Of a stretch of DNA of 63,634 nucleotides, positions 16,481-26,726 are shown one piece after another (position 1 is the first letter of the stretch; every line of letters begins with the position of its first letter). The DNA comes from a virus. Taxonomy: Duplodnaviria; Caudoviricetes. Position numbers and translations under genes: made by a program. The stretch spans positions 1-63,634 of the IMG/VR virus record IMGVR_UViG_3300030109_005543; one strand, given 5' to 3'. The notes under the pieces are model-generated. The model was not told the origin of the DNA, did no database searches, and worked only from the letters and a program-made list of their open reading frames with translations.

Positions 16481-17731
16481 ATGTCAGATAAGATTAAGAT
16501 TTTCACCATTAGCGATCATCCGCTATCTCCGAGTGGTGTCGGAACCCAAACAAAATACATGATCGAAGGAATGTTGAAGACTGGTAAGTACCAGTTTGTT
16601 TCTTTTGGTGGTGCCATCAAGCATCCAGAACACCAGCCTCAGAGAACTGAGCAGTGGGGAGACGACTGGATTATTTGGCCAGTTGATGGATATGGAAACC
16701 AAGATATGGTTAGAGCTATGATTCAGCAGCAGAAGCCAGACATTCTATGGTTTATGACGGATCCTCGTTTTTATGATTGGCTATGGGCCATTGAAAATGA
16801 GATCCGACCCCATGTTCCGATGGTTTATTATCATGTGTGGGATAACTATCCTTACCCAAGCTTCAACGCGCAATTCTACAATTCAAATGATCACATTGCA
16901 TGTATCTCAAAGCTGACATACGACATTGTTCAGACGGTGGCGCCCAACACGGACTCCACTTATATTCCGCACGCAGTTGATGGAGATATTTTCAAGCCGC
17001 ATGACGAAGAGACAGTGACACGGTGGAGACAGGAAAAGGGCCTTGACGACAAATTTGTTATTTTCTGGAACAGCCGCAACGCACGCCGGAAGCAATCTGG
17101 CAGTCTAATTTGGTGGTTCAAGACGTTCCTAGATAGAGTAGGACAGGACAAGGCCGTCCTCATCATGCATACAGACACCAAGGATGTACATGGACAGGAT
17201 CTAGAGGCTATCATTAACGAGCTAGGTCTGACAAACGGAGAGGTAATGTTCTCCAAGAATAAAGTGGAGTCCAAGGATTTGGCCGGAATGTACAACATGG
17301 CAGATGTCACATGTTGTATTTCAGATGCTGAAGGATTTGGTCTTTCGACTTTAGAGTCCCTCTCTAGTGGCACGCCAATTATCGTCACGATGACAGGTGG
17401 TCTTCAGGATCAGGTGACTGATGGCGAAGAGTTCTTTGGCATTGGGCTTGAGCCAGTTTCAAAGGCTGTCATTGGGTCTCAGCAGGTTCCCTTTATCTAT
17501 GAAGATCGTATCAGCGAGGAGCAAATCGTTGATGCATTGGTCAAGCTCTATGAAATGACACCCGAGGAACGCACTGCACTTGGTGCAAAGGGTCGCGCAT
17601 GGTCCCAGAAACAGTTTAATTTTGATACTTATACCCAGAGATGGGATGATCTTTTCACTTCAATCGTTGAAAAGAGCGGCTCCTGGGCCGACCGTAAAAA
17701 TTATAGTTCTTATGAAGTAAAGGTATTTTGA
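16481..17731 (+). CDS. Glycosyltransferase, GT4 family
   Basis: RNARRK and EGFGLSTLESLSSGTP. Confidence 0.9.
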   Translation: MSDKIKIFTISDHPLSPSGVGTQTKYMIEGMLKTGKYQFVSFGGAIKHPEHQPQRTEQWGDDWIIWPVDGYGNQDMVRAMIQQQKPDILWFMTDPRFYDWLWAIENEIRPHVPMVYYHVWDNYPYPSFNAQFYNSNDHIACISKLTYDIVQTVAPNTDSTYIPHAVDGDIFKPHDEETVTRWRQEKGLDDKFVIFWNSRNARRKQSGSLIWWFKTFLDRVGQDKAVLIMHTDTKDVHGQDLEAIINELGLTNGEVMFSKNKVESKDLAGMYNMADVTCCISDAEGFGLSTLESLSSGTPIIVTMTGGLQDQVTDGEEFFGIGLEPVSKAVIGSQQVPFIYEDRISEEQIVDALVKLYEMTPEERTALGAKGRAWSQKQFNFDTYTQRWDDLFTSIVEKSGSWADRKNYSSYEVKVF

Positions 17732-18999
17732 TGTTAAAAAGAATTTTAGTTAGAGGACCTCTCCTGTCACGATCTGGGTACGGAGAACAGTCTAGATTCG
17801 CTCTTCGAGCGCTCCGTTCCCGACCAGATTTGTATGAGATCTTCATGATCAACACACCATGGGGGAGAACGGGACAGGTCTCCGACACCTCCGAGGAAAC
17901 ACAGTGGATTCAAGATACTCTGCTTAGGACGGCTGCCTTTACTCAGAGTGGCGGCACGTTTGATGTGTCCTTGCAGGTCACAGTGCCGCACGAGTTTGAA
18001 AAGATAGCTCCGATCAACATTGGGTATACTGCTGGAATTGAAACGACCAAGGTATCTCCCCAATGGATTGACAAGACCAATAGCGCCGCTGACAAAGTTA
18101 TCGTTGTATCAAACCATTCCAAGCGAGTATTTGAGCAGACAACATACAATGTTGAGGATCAGAATGGTAACAAGCAGGAAAACTGGGGTGTGCAAGTTCC
18201 AATTGAGGCTGTAAACTACCCTGTTCGAGTTGCTGACCCAGTTGAGGTTAATATCGATTTTAAGACAGACAACAACTTTCTGATTGTATCTCAGTGGGGG
18301 CCTCGAAAGAACCTGGAAAACACCATTAAATGGTTTGTTGAGAACTTTAGAGACCGCGAAGACGTTGGTCTGGTTATCAAGACAAACACGGCATCCGATT
18401 CAGTTATGGATAGGACCTTCACGCAGAATCGTCTCGCTCACCTTCTCAGCATGCTTGGGGAAAAGAAGTGCACGGTATACCTAATTCACGGCGAAGTGTC
18501 TCCTGGAGAACTTACCTGGCTCTACCAGCACCCCACAATGAAGGCACTGATTAACATTGGCCATGGCGAGGGTTATGGTCTTCCATTGTTCGAAGCAGCT
18601 TATAATGGCCTTCCTCTCATCACAACCACTTGGTCTGGTCAGATGGATTTTATTACAAAGCCAAACAAAAAGGGCAAGAAGGTTCCACGAGTTCTCACAG
18701 TAGATTACGATATCCTACCAGTCCAGCACGACGCAGTGTGGGAGGGTATCATTCAGAAAGATTCCAGCTGGGCTTTCCCGAAGGAGATTTCGTTCAAGAG
18801 AGCACTCAATGAGTGTTTGGAAAAAGAGACACACTGGAAGAAAGAGGCAACCACCCTCATGAATCACATCCTGAAGAACTTTACAGAAGAGAAGATCTAT
18901 AATGATTTTGTTGAGGCTGTGGGGATTGGCAACCCTGATGCGGAGCAAATGAACAACTGGCTTGTGGACTTACAAGACGGCATTGAGGAATATGAGTGA
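17731..18999 (+). CDS. Glycosyltransferase, GT4-like
   Basis: SGYG, RKNLE and GEGYGLPLFEAAYNGLP; TGATG coupling with the previous gene. Confidence 0.85.
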   Translation: MLKRILVRGPLLSRSGYGEQSRFALRALRSRPDLYEIFMINTPWGRTGQVSDTSEETQWIQDTLLRTAAFTQSGGTFDVSLQVTVPHEFEKIAPINIGYTAGIETTKVSPQWIDKTNSAADKVIVVSNHSKRVFEQTTYNVEDQNGNKQENWGVQVPIEAVNYPVRVADPVEVNIDFKTDNNFLIVSQWGPRKNLENTIKWFVENFRDREDVGLVIKTNTASDSVMDRTFTQNRLAHLLSMLGEKKCTVYLIHGEVSPGELTWLYQHPTMKALINIGHGEGYGLPLFEAAYNGLPLITTTWSGQMDFITKPNKKGKKVPRVLTVDYDILPVQHDAVWEGIIQKDSSWAFPKEISFKRALNECLEKETHWKKEATTLMNHILKNFTEEKIYNDFVEAVGIGNPDAEQMNNWLVDLQDGIEEYE

Positions 19000-19828
19000 T
19001 TATACGTTTGTCGCTGATGTCTTTGTGGATCAGCTTGTTGGCGGCGGAGAGCTTAACGATTTTGAAGTAAAAAATCAGATCGAGAGCAAAGGGTATTCTA
19101 CGTCAAGAATCCATAGTCATCATCTCTACGCGGACCGACTCACAGAAGATACTTGCTATGTGGTATCAAACTTCTTAAACATGCCGCCAACAACGTTGCA
19201 GGCAATAAAAAATTATAAGTATGTGATCTATGAACATGATCACAAGTATCTTAGAACAAGAAATCCTGCTGTGTATGCAGACTTCCTCGCACCAAAAGAT
19301 CATGTTGTAAATCTAGAGCTGTATCAGAAAGCCAAGGCTGTATTCTGTCAGTCTAAATTTCATTTTGATATCATCCAAAAGAACACTGGCCTCGATAACC
19401 TAGTCAATCTGGGGGGAAACATGTGGAACCTGGAATCCCTAGCACACATGCGAACCATCGCTGAGGAAGAGAAGAGTGATACTGTAGCTGTTCTGGATTC
19501 AGTCATCCCTCATAAGAATACAAGCGATGCCGTTCGTTATTGTTTGGCGAAAAATGAGAAGTATCAACTGGTCTCGGATAAAGACTACATAACATTCCTT
19601 AACAAGCTCGGTAAGAATCGTAAGTTTGTCTTCTTCCCACAGACCCCTGAGACGCTCTCTAGGGTCTGTGTAGAGGCTAGAATGATGAACATGAGTGTTG
19701 TGTTGAATAAGCTTGTTGGAGCCCGTAGCGAGCCGTGGTTTGCGCTCAAGGGCCTGGAGCTGATCGATTGTATGACCGAGAAAAGAGACGAAATAACAAA
19801 CACAATATTGGGGGTGACCGGTGAGTAG
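18992..19828 (+). CDS. Putative GT-B fold glycosyltransferase
   Basis: GGGELND N-terminus and ETLSRVCVEARMM (E-x7-E). Confidence 0.65.
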   Translation: MSDYTFVADVFVDQLVGGGELNDFEVKNQIESKGYSTSRIHSHHLYADRLTEDTCYVVSNFLNMPPTTLQAIKNYKYVIYEHDHKYLRTRNPAVYADFLAPKDHVVNLELYQKAKAVFCQSKFHFDIIQKNTGLDNLVNLGGNMWNLESLAHMRTIAEEEKSDTVAVLDSVIPHKNTSDAVRYCLAKNEKYQLVSDKDYITFLNKLGKNRKFVFFPQTPETLSRVCVEARMMNMSVVLNKLVGARSEPWFALKGLELIDCMTEKRDEITNTILGVTGE

Positions 19829-20576
19829 TAACAATCGATTCATCATTGTGGTTCCATTCTACAATGTACAGGACTGGATTAAGTTTAATATAAGATCTGT
19901 TAAAAAGCAGGACTATGACAATTTTACATGTGTGTTGGTGGACGATATCTCAACGGACAACACAGCAGAAATCATTGAGAAAGAGATCGCCGGAGACGAC
20001 AGATTCGTTCTGGTCAGAAACCAGGAAAAGAAGTTTGCCCTCAGAAACATTTATGAGGGGATCCTTGTGGCCAACCCCCAACCAGAGGATATCATTGTAA
20101 CACTTGACGGAGACGACTGGCTTTCATCAGCTGATGTCTTGTCGTACTTAAACGATTATTATAATCGTGAGGATTGCTGGCTTACATATGGCAGCTACAT
20201 AGAGTATCCCAAGGGTACCAGAGGGAAGTTCGCCCGACAGATCCCACCAGCCGTAATTCACAACAGTGCATATAGAGTTAGTGAGTGGTGCTCTTCACAC
20301 CTTAGAACGTTCAAATACCACTTGTGGTCAAAGATTAAGATAGAAGACCTAAAGGATACCACGGGAGAGTTCTATAGAATGGCATGGGATTTATCTTTTA
20401 TGTTTCCAATGCTTGAGATGTGTGGCGCAGACAAAAGCCGCCACGTTGAGAAGATGCTGTATGTTTATAACTTATCTAACCCACTAAACGACCACAAGAC
20501 GGATCACTCACTCCAGCTAAGACTAGAGCATGAGATAAGATCAAAAACCAAATATGACAAGTTGGAGAACAAATGA
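19821..20576 (+). CDS. Glycosyltransferase, GT2 family
   Basis: IVVPFYN, VDDISTD and LDGDDW. Confidence 0.9.
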   Translation: MSSNNRFIIVVPFYNVQDWIKFNIRSVKKQDYDNFTCVLVDDISTDNTAEIIEKEIAGDDRFVLVRNQEKKFALRNIYEGILVANPQPEDIIVTLDGDDWLSSADVLSYLNDYYNREDCWLTYGSYIEYPKGTRGKFARQIPPAVIHNSAYRVSEWCSSHLRTFKYHLWSKIKIEDLKDTTGEFYRMAWDLSFMFPMLEMCGADKSRHVEKMLYVYNLSNPLNDHKTDHSLQLRLEHEIRSKTKYDKLENK

Positions 20577-21385
20577 TAACATGTCACGTTAAGGGCCCTA
20601 GTGAGATTGATGGACACTATCTCGCTGGTTTGGGAAACCAAATATTTACAATCGCTGCCACGCTAGCTCACGCTGCAGATAATAATGATGAAGCTGTTTT
20701 CCCTGATCTGCAGAACAGAGATTGGTTTGGCCCGTATGTGGACACCATATTTAGAAACCTTAATATCGAAGGCGACAAATCTTTCTGCAAGCACCTGTAC
20801 AGAGAACGAAGCTGGAAGCATCAGGACTTGCCATACGCATCTGATCTGTGTCTAGACGGGTATTTTCAATCGTATAAGTACTTTGAACACCAGAGAGAGT
20901 TGATCCTAGAGGCCTTCTCCATTCCAGCAGAGATCAAGGCACACATTGAGTCTAAATACGCTGATATTCTAGCGCTCGATAACACAGTTGCTGTCCACGT
21001 TAGGCGCGGCGACTTCCTGACACCAAGACTCAGCCAGTATCACTATGAGCAGAAACCAGAATATTATATTGAGGCCACATCAACGTTTGGGGAAGACAGC
21101 ACGTTTGTGTTTTTCAGCGACGACATTGAGTGGTGTAAGCTCACCTTCGGAGACAAGATCAAGAATGTTAGGTTCACCGAGGGCGAGACGGATGTTGTAG
21201 ACCTGTATTTCATGTCGTTGCTTAACAACAATATCATTGGTAACTCCACATTCTCGTTCTGGGGCGCCTGGTTGAACCAAAACGAGAATAAGAGAGTTAT
21301 CGCTCCAAAGAAGTGGTATGGCCCAAAGAACGCTCACCTTGAGGATCATGAGATAATTCCACCAACTTGGGAGGTGATGGGATGA
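20573..21385 (+). CDS. GT11 alpha-1,2-fucosyltransferase-like
   Basis: GLGNQIF, GYFQS, HVRRGD, FSDD and NSTFSFWGAWL. Confidence 0.92.
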   Translation: MITCHVKGPSEIDGHYLAGLGNQIFTIAATLAHAADNNDEAVFPDLQNRDWFGPYVDTIFRNLNIEGDKSFCKHLYRERSWKHQDLPYASDLCLDGYFQSYKYFEHQRELILEAFSIPAEIKAHIESKYADILALDNTVAVHVRRGDFLTPRLSQYHYEQKPEYYIEATSTFGEDSTFVFFSDDIEWCKLTFGDKIKNVRFTEGETDVVDLYFMSLLNNNIIGNSTFSFWGAWLNQNENKRVIAPKKWYGPKNAHLEDHEIIPPTWEVMG

Positions 21386-22086
21386 AAGTAGCAGTATTAA
21401 ACGTTGCGACAGGGGGGTATGTTGAACTAGCAGAAAACCTCCACAAGAGTCTAAACGAGAACTTCATGACAGATCATGAGGTGGATATTTTTCTTTTCAC
21501 GGACAGCGACAAAGAATTTGGCGAGAACGTAAAGAAATATCAAATAGAAAGAAAGGGATTCCCTGGAGATACACTGTATAGATACCATTATTTTCTGTTA
21601 GCTGAAGATGCTTTGAAGGATTATGACTTCTTATTTTACTTAGATGTCGATTTGAACGTTGAAAAGCCAATTGGAGAGGAGATAGTGGCCGATATTGTGG
21701 CATGCGAGCACCCTGGATTCTATAGAAGAAGCAATGGCACCTTTGAGCGAAGAACAATTTCGACAGCTTATGTCCCACCACAGATGTATCACCCTTATTA
21801 TTGCGGCGGAGTCCAGGGAGGACGACCAGAGTTTTACTTAGAGGCTGCCCGCATGATGAAGGCACGAATCGACACTGATGACAAGAATGGTGTCATGGCA
21901 GTGTGGCACGATGAATCTCACTGGAACCGTCAGCTTAAGGAATTCCCACCAACACTAGTCCTAGATCCTAGGTATTGTTATCCAACAGATGCGCACTTCC
22001 CTTGGATAGAACAGTTTAGCGACGATAGAATTATCACCACGGTCGCCAAAGACGAAGAGGAGATAAGAAAAGTCGATGACAAGTGA
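21382..22086 (+). CDS. GT6 (ABO/alpha-1,3-Gal/GalNAc transferase-like)
   Basis: ATGGY, FTD, LDVD, HPGFY, YYCGGVQGG and AVWHDESHWN. Confidence 0.9.
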   Translation: MKVAVLNVATGGYVELAENLHKSLNENFMTDHEVDIFLFTDSDKEFGENVKKYQIERKGFPGDTLYRYHYFLLAEDALKDYDFLFYLDVDLNVEKPIGEEIVADIVACEHPGFYRRSNGTFERRTISTAYVPPQMYHPYYCGGVQGGRPEFYLEAARMMKARIDTDDKNGVMAVWHDESHWNRQLKEFPPTLVLDPRYCYPTDAHFPWIEQFSDDRIITTVAKDEEEIRKVDDK

Positions 22087-22810
22087 ACTCAACTATAAGA
22101 AATACCTAGAAAACAAGACCGTTGCGGTCGTTGGGCCGTCAAAGACTGCCACCATGCAGGAGAACGGCGCAAAAATAGATGCGTGTGATGTGGTTGTCCG
22201 CGTCAATAACATGCTGGAAGTTGAGGAAGAATATCAGAAATACCTTGGTAGTAGGACCGATGTGGTCTACGCTACACTAGATGACCCTCCTCACAGGATG
22301 GTTCAGGCCTGTGTTAGAAACAGAGTTAAGTTTTTATCCTCGTCTTACCCAAAAAACGAGTGGTTTTTCCAAGAACGCATGGCACAAAACGTTGCGGTGC
22401 TAAAAACAATACCTTATTTCTCCACTGTTACCCTCCCAGAGGACCCATATTGGGAGATTAAGAGGTCAACCAACTCCAGACCCAACACAGGATTCTCTGC
22501 CATAATCGACTTATTATCGTCAGATTTGAAGGAACTTTACATAGTAGGCATTGATTTTTACCGTAGTGCAGCTTTAGAGGGTGGACAAGGGTATTATGAT
22601 GGTTATAATTGTCAGTGGACTGATAAAAGAAAGCAGGACTTTATCAATCTTGAGTATGATGGTCCCGATAGACATGATCCAGACAGTGCTTTTAGATACT
22701 TCAAGCACAATATGTATCTAAAGGACGATAGAATAGTTGTTGATCCCATCTTTGAGACCTTCCTACAGGACGAAAAGTATGAAGATTTGGCAAACTTATT
22801 TGTCGATTAG
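22076..22810 (+). CDS. GT29 sialyltransferase-like protein
   Basis: Sialylmotif L-like VAVVGPS...GAKIDACDVVVRVN...GSRT and S-like PNTGFSAI...LYIVGIDF. Confidence 0.75.
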   Translation: MTSELNYKKYLENKTVAVVGPSKTATMQENGAKIDACDVVVRVNNMLEVEEEYQKYLGSRTDVVYATLDDPPHRMVQACVRNRVKFLSSSYPKNEWFFQERMAQNVAVLKTIPYFSTVTLPEDPYWEIKRSTNSRPNTGFSAIIDLLSSDLKELYIVGIDFYRSAALEGGQGYYDGYNCQWTDKRKQDFINLEYDGPDRHDPDSAFRYFKHNMYLKDDRIVVDPIFETFLQDEKYEDLANLFVD

Positions 22811-22860
22811 TCTGTAAAATATTAGTCCATGCTGTAAAATGAATACAAAGGTTTAAGAAT

Positions 22861-23841
22861 ATGTTAGATATTGAAGATTTTGAGAGAAAGTACCGAGCTA
22901 TTGTTAGTAGCGAGCAGTATACCCAACTGCAGGAGGCATACAACAAGGCGAAGTATGTGTTCTTTTTTGGCCACGGTGGCAACATGGGCGTAGCAGAGCA
23001 CGCTGCTATTGATCATTCACGACTCACAGACAAGAATGTGTTCGCCCCCGGAGGCGGAGTCATCGTCACATCAATTCAGGGAGACACCAACTTCAATGAT
23101 TGGATTATGAATTGGTTAGATATCCGAACAAGAGGTCTAGATCTGAGCGAATGTTTGGCTATCGGCATCTCCTGTTCAACTAATGGCATATCGTCTGATT
23201 GTTTGTCGACTGCTTTAAACTGGGCCGCAGAAAACGGAATGCCTGCATGTTTATGGGCTGCGCAACCAAAAGAAAAGGGAATCAACCCAAAGGTCAATCA
23301 GATTATTCAGCATGCAAAGTTTTATCATACTTCTGAGATGCTCTCTTTAACGATGACCTACGAGCTTATTCATGGTGCTGGCTTCATGTGTCCTGCAATT
23401 TCTACTAAGGCACAGCAGCGCCGTTTTGAAAAGTTGGGCATTGAGTCCGAAGTGGAGACATTAAATCAGCACGTTCCTCCTGGCATGGAGACACAGCTCA
23501 ATAATTTGGCTATTGATTTTGATGGTGTAATCCACAACTTTGATAAGGGTTGGCACGATGGAACTTGTTATGGTGACCCTCTGCCTGGAGCGTTGGATGC
23601 TATTCGCACACTGTCTGAGGATTGGAACATTATTGTTTTCTCTGCAAAGGTTCGTCCCGATCGTCCATTAGTCGACGGCAAGACTGGATACGAACTTGTT
23701 GATGAGTGGCTGCAGGACCACGGGGTTCGTGATCTGGTGGCAGAGATTACTCACGAAAAGCCGCGCGCTCAATACTATATTGATGATAAGGCCATTGAGT
23801 TTACCAACAATTGGACTGAGGTTCTGGAGCGTCTCAAGTGA
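22861..23841 (+). CDS. SIS (GmhA-like sugar-phosphate isomerase) domain fused to a HAD phosphatase
   Basis: FGHGGNMGVAEH, TSIQGD and IGISCS; C-terminal IDFDGV, KP and YIDDKA. Confidence 0.75.
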   Translation: MLDIEDFERKYRAIVSSEQYTQLQEAYNKAKYVFFFGHGGNMGVAEHAAIDHSRLTDKNVFAPGGGVIVTSIQGDTNFNDWIMNWLDIRTRGLDLSECLAIGISCSTNGISSDCLSTALNWAAENGMPACLWAAQPKEKGINPKVNQIIQHAKFYHTSEMLSLTMTYELIHGAGFMCPAISTKAQQRRFEKLGIESEVETLNQHVPPGMETQLNNLAIDFDGVIHNFDKGWHDGTCYGDPLPGALDAIRTLSEDWNIIVFSAKVRPDRPLVDGKTGYELVDEWLQDHGVRDLVAEITHEKPRAQYYIDDKAIEFTNNWTEVLERLK

Positions 23842-24509
23842 CAGAAAAAAGAATCACGGCCATAGTCCCGGTGCGTAAGGGTTCCGTAAGAGTAAAGAAT
23901 AAGAATCTTAAGCCGTTTGCTGGCAAGACGTTGTTACAGATTAAGATTGAGCAACTCAAGCAAGTTAGCTCGATTGACAGTATCGTTGTTAGCTCAGACT
24001 GTGACGAAATGCTTCAGCTTGCGGCATCTCTTGGTGTCGATACACACCGCCGTGATGAATATTATGCTTCCTCAGAAGCCACAAACTCTGAGTTTTTTGA
24101 GGACCTAGGCCGATCGATCGACGGCGAATACCTTATGTATAGTCCAGTGACTTGTCCCCTTATTTCACTAGAGACCTATCACGACTGTATTAAAACCTTC
24201 AAGGAGGATGCAGAAGTTACCAACTTGGTGACAGTATCCCCTGTCAAGCATCATTTATGGCTTGATGGTGAGCCGCTTAACTACGATGTAGAAAACTCAC
24301 CAAACAGCCAGGATCTTCCTGATATCTATGCTGTAACTTACGGAGTTTGTATTGTATCGAAAGAAGACATGATAGGGTGCCGCAATGTGGTTACCTCAAA
24401 CCCTACCTTTAAAATACTAGACGAAATTGAGTCGGTTGACATTGACACTGAGTTTGACTTCATGGTTGCAGAGGTTATATACAATAAAATTTATGGAGAT
24501 CTAAATTGA
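23838..24509 (+). CDS. neuA-like: CMP-N-acylneuraminate/ulosonate cytidylyltransferase
   Basis: IVPVRKGSVRVKNKN, VSSD and DIDTEFDF. Confidence 0.88.
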   Translation: MTEKRITAIVPVRKGSVRVKNKNLKPFAGKTLLQIKIEQLKQVSSIDSIVVSSDCDEMLQLAASLGVDTHRRDEYYASSEATNSEFFEDLGRSIDGEYLMYSPVTCPLISLETYHDCIKTFKEDAEVTNLVTVSPVKHHLWLDGEPLNYDVENSPNSQDLPDIYAVTYGVCIVSKEDMIGCRNVVTSNPTFKILDEIESVDIDTEFDFMVAEVIYNKIYGDLN

Positions 24510-25729
24510 GAAGAAATTACTGCCTTGTTTGCCAGTCGACTGAACTGGAGTGCATCCTAGATCTAGGAGCCCACGCCTACGCTGATACTTTTGTTCCTGT
24601 GGATAAGAGGTGCGATCCTTTGGTGACCTATAATCTTTCGTGCGTGCTTTGCAAGTCTTGCGGAAACGTACAGACTCTATCTAAAACCGAACCGGTTGAT
24701 CGATATGCATCACTATATGAATATTCCTATACATCCTCCAACTCTAACACTTCCAAGAAACATTGGATTAACTTTTGTCTGGAGGTATCTGACAACATAT
24801 CTTTACCCGACCGCTCTTTTGTGGTTGAGGTCGGTTCCAATGACGGGTTCCTGCTCAAGCAGTTCGAGGACGACCGCAGCGCCCGAACACTTGGTATTGA
24901 TGCATCACCTCATGTGTCGCAGATTGCACGAACAATAAACGGTATTGACACAAGGGTGGCCGTCTTTGATAGTCAAGTTGCCGAGTCTGTTCTGGAAGAA
25001 CATGGTCATGCCAACTTGGTGGTAGCAAATAACGTTTTTAATCACTCTGAAGATCCTGTTGACTTTGCTAAAGCAGCCTCGGCACTCTTGACCGATGACG
25101 GTACATTCGTATTTGAGGCACCCTACTGGAAATGTTCGATCGAATCAGAGAAGATCGATCAGGTCTATCATGAGCACGTTACATACCTTACCGTTAAGGC
25201 AGCCCGCGAGATGCTTCGTCGAGCAAACATGGTGATTGTGGATGTTCAGGTGGTCGATTATCACGGTGGGTCCTTGAGAGTATACGCTCAGAAGACTGGA
25301 GCCGAAGAGTCTGAGTTGGTGCGCACCATGATCGAAGAGGAAGAGAATATTGGACTCTACGATCTTAGTACATATGAGAATTTATCAAGCCGACTGCAAG
25401 AGTCGAAGTTCAACTTCTTGAAGAGGATTTATGAAATCAAAGCCGCCGGAGGATCTCTGGTAGCTGTGGGGGCCGCAGCCAAGGGAAACACATTCCTAAC
25501 GCTGTTAAATCTGGATAACTCAGTGATTGATTATGTAACTGACGCGTCCGAATACAAGCAGGGCAAGCTCACGCCGCTAACAAGTATCCCCATTCGTGGA
25601 GATGAGGTATTCGCTGAGTATGGCGAAGTATATGCAATAATCTTGTCATGGAATATCTCTGACAAAATTAAGCAGAAGCTGAATGAGATAAATCCTGAGA
25701 TTAAGTTTTTAGTTTTTAGTGATTTTTAG
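24506..25729 (+). CDS. NDP-sugar C-methyltransferase-like, with an N-terminal Zn site
   Basis: CxxC...CxxC, EVGSNDG, NVFNH, YHEH, HGGSLR and GAAAKGNT. Confidence 0.88.
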   Translation: MRRNYCLVCQSTELECILDLGAHAYADTFVPVDKRCDPLVTYNLSCVLCKSCGNVQTLSKTEPVDRYASLYEYSYTSSNSNTSKKHWINFCLEVSDNISLPDRSFVVEVGSNDGFLLKQFEDDRSARTLGIDASPHVSQIARTINGIDTRVAVFDSQVAESVLEEHGHANLVVANNVFNHSEDPVDFAKAASALLTDDGTFVFEAPYWKCSIESEKIDQVYHEHVTYLTVKAAREMLRRANMVIVDVQVVDYHGGSLRVYAQKTGAEESELVRTMIEEEENIGLYDLSTYENLSSRLQESKFNFLKRIYEIKAAGGSLVAVGAAAKGNTFLTLLNLDNSVIDYVTDASEYKQGKLTPLTSIPIRGDEVFAEYGEVYAIILSWNISDKIKQKLNEINPEIKFLVFSDF

Positions 25730-25741
25730 GGAGATTTACGA

Positions 25742-26161
25742 ATGCAAAAGAAAAACGTTTACGAAAATGTAGAGGCCCCATTGGAGAGGCATGAAGATGA
25801 TCGAGGAGTTATTGCCGACATCTTCTACAAAAGTGGCATTGATCATGTTGCTATCATCAGATCAAATGCCGGCGCAGTTAGAGGAAACCACTACCATGAG
25901 GTTTCAACACAGCACATGCTGATTACAAAGGGATCTCTGGAGTATTGGTATGCCGATCTAGACTCTCTTGACGATGCAAAGTGTATAGTGCTTAACGAGG
26001 GTGACATTCTCTCAACCCCTCCATATGAGGTCCACGCTCTGAACATTACAGTTGATAACGAGTTTATTGTCTTCAGCGAAGGCCTCCGAGGCGGCGCAGA
26101 CTATGAGAGCGATACGATTAGGATTGATGGAAACATTATTGGAGCCGTAAAGGGTGAGTAA
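25742..26161 (+). CDS. Cupin (sugar ketoisomerase/epimerase-like)
   Basis: DDRG, RGNHYH and PPYEVHA. Confidence 0.75.
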   Translation: MQKKNVYENVEAPLERHEDDRGVIADIFYKSGIDHVAIIRSNAGAVRGNHYHEVSTQHMLITKGSLEYWYADLDSLDDAKCIVLNEGDILSTPPYEVHALNITVDNEFIVFSEGLRGGADYESDTIRIDGNIIGAVKGE

Positions 26162-26726
26162 TAAAGTCCGATTACATTTAGGAAGTGGCCACAGGTATCT
26201 GCCGGGGTTTGTTAATATTGATCAAGACCACCTAGATCATGTGGATCAAGTGATGGATATTAAGGATCTGTCAGCTTTTGAAGATGAGAGCGTGGATGAA
26301 ATTTACTCCTGTGGCGTCATTATCTATTTTGATAGATATGAGATTGTTGATGTCCTGGCTGAGTGGCGCCGGGTCCTCAAGCCTGGTGGTCTGCTGAGGA
26401 CGTCCATAGCGGACTTTGAGATGATGGTAGAGAACTACCTGACAAACGGTAAGGACCTCGACGCGCAAGGCCTTCTAGGGCCCTTGTTCGGCCGCTGGGA
26501 GATCGTTAACGAAGCCGGCCTCAATGAGGTGATCTACCAGAGAACATCCTATGACTTCTCGTCCCTCCAGAAAATGCTTTTGGATAACGGGTTCCAGAAC
26601 GTCGAACGATATGATTGGCGCGAGTTTCTGCCAGAAGGATATGATGACTACTCCCGAGCGTATATTCCACACATGGATGAAAGTGGGTTACACTTAGCTC
26701 TGAATGTGGTTTGCGAGAAGAAATGA
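26154..26726 (+). CDS. Class I SAM-dependent methyltransferase
   Basis: LHLGSG...NID and EWRRVLKPGG. Confidence 0.85.
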   Translation: MSNKVRLHLGSGHRYLPGFVNIDQDHLDHVDQVMDIKDLSAFEDESVDEIYSCGVIIYFDRYEIVDVLAEWRRVLKPGGLLRTSIADFEMMVENYLTNGKDLDAQGLLGPLFGRWEIVNEAGLNEVIYQRTSYDFSSLQKMLLDNGFQNVERYDWREFLPEGYDDYSRAYIPHMDESGLHLALNVVCEKK

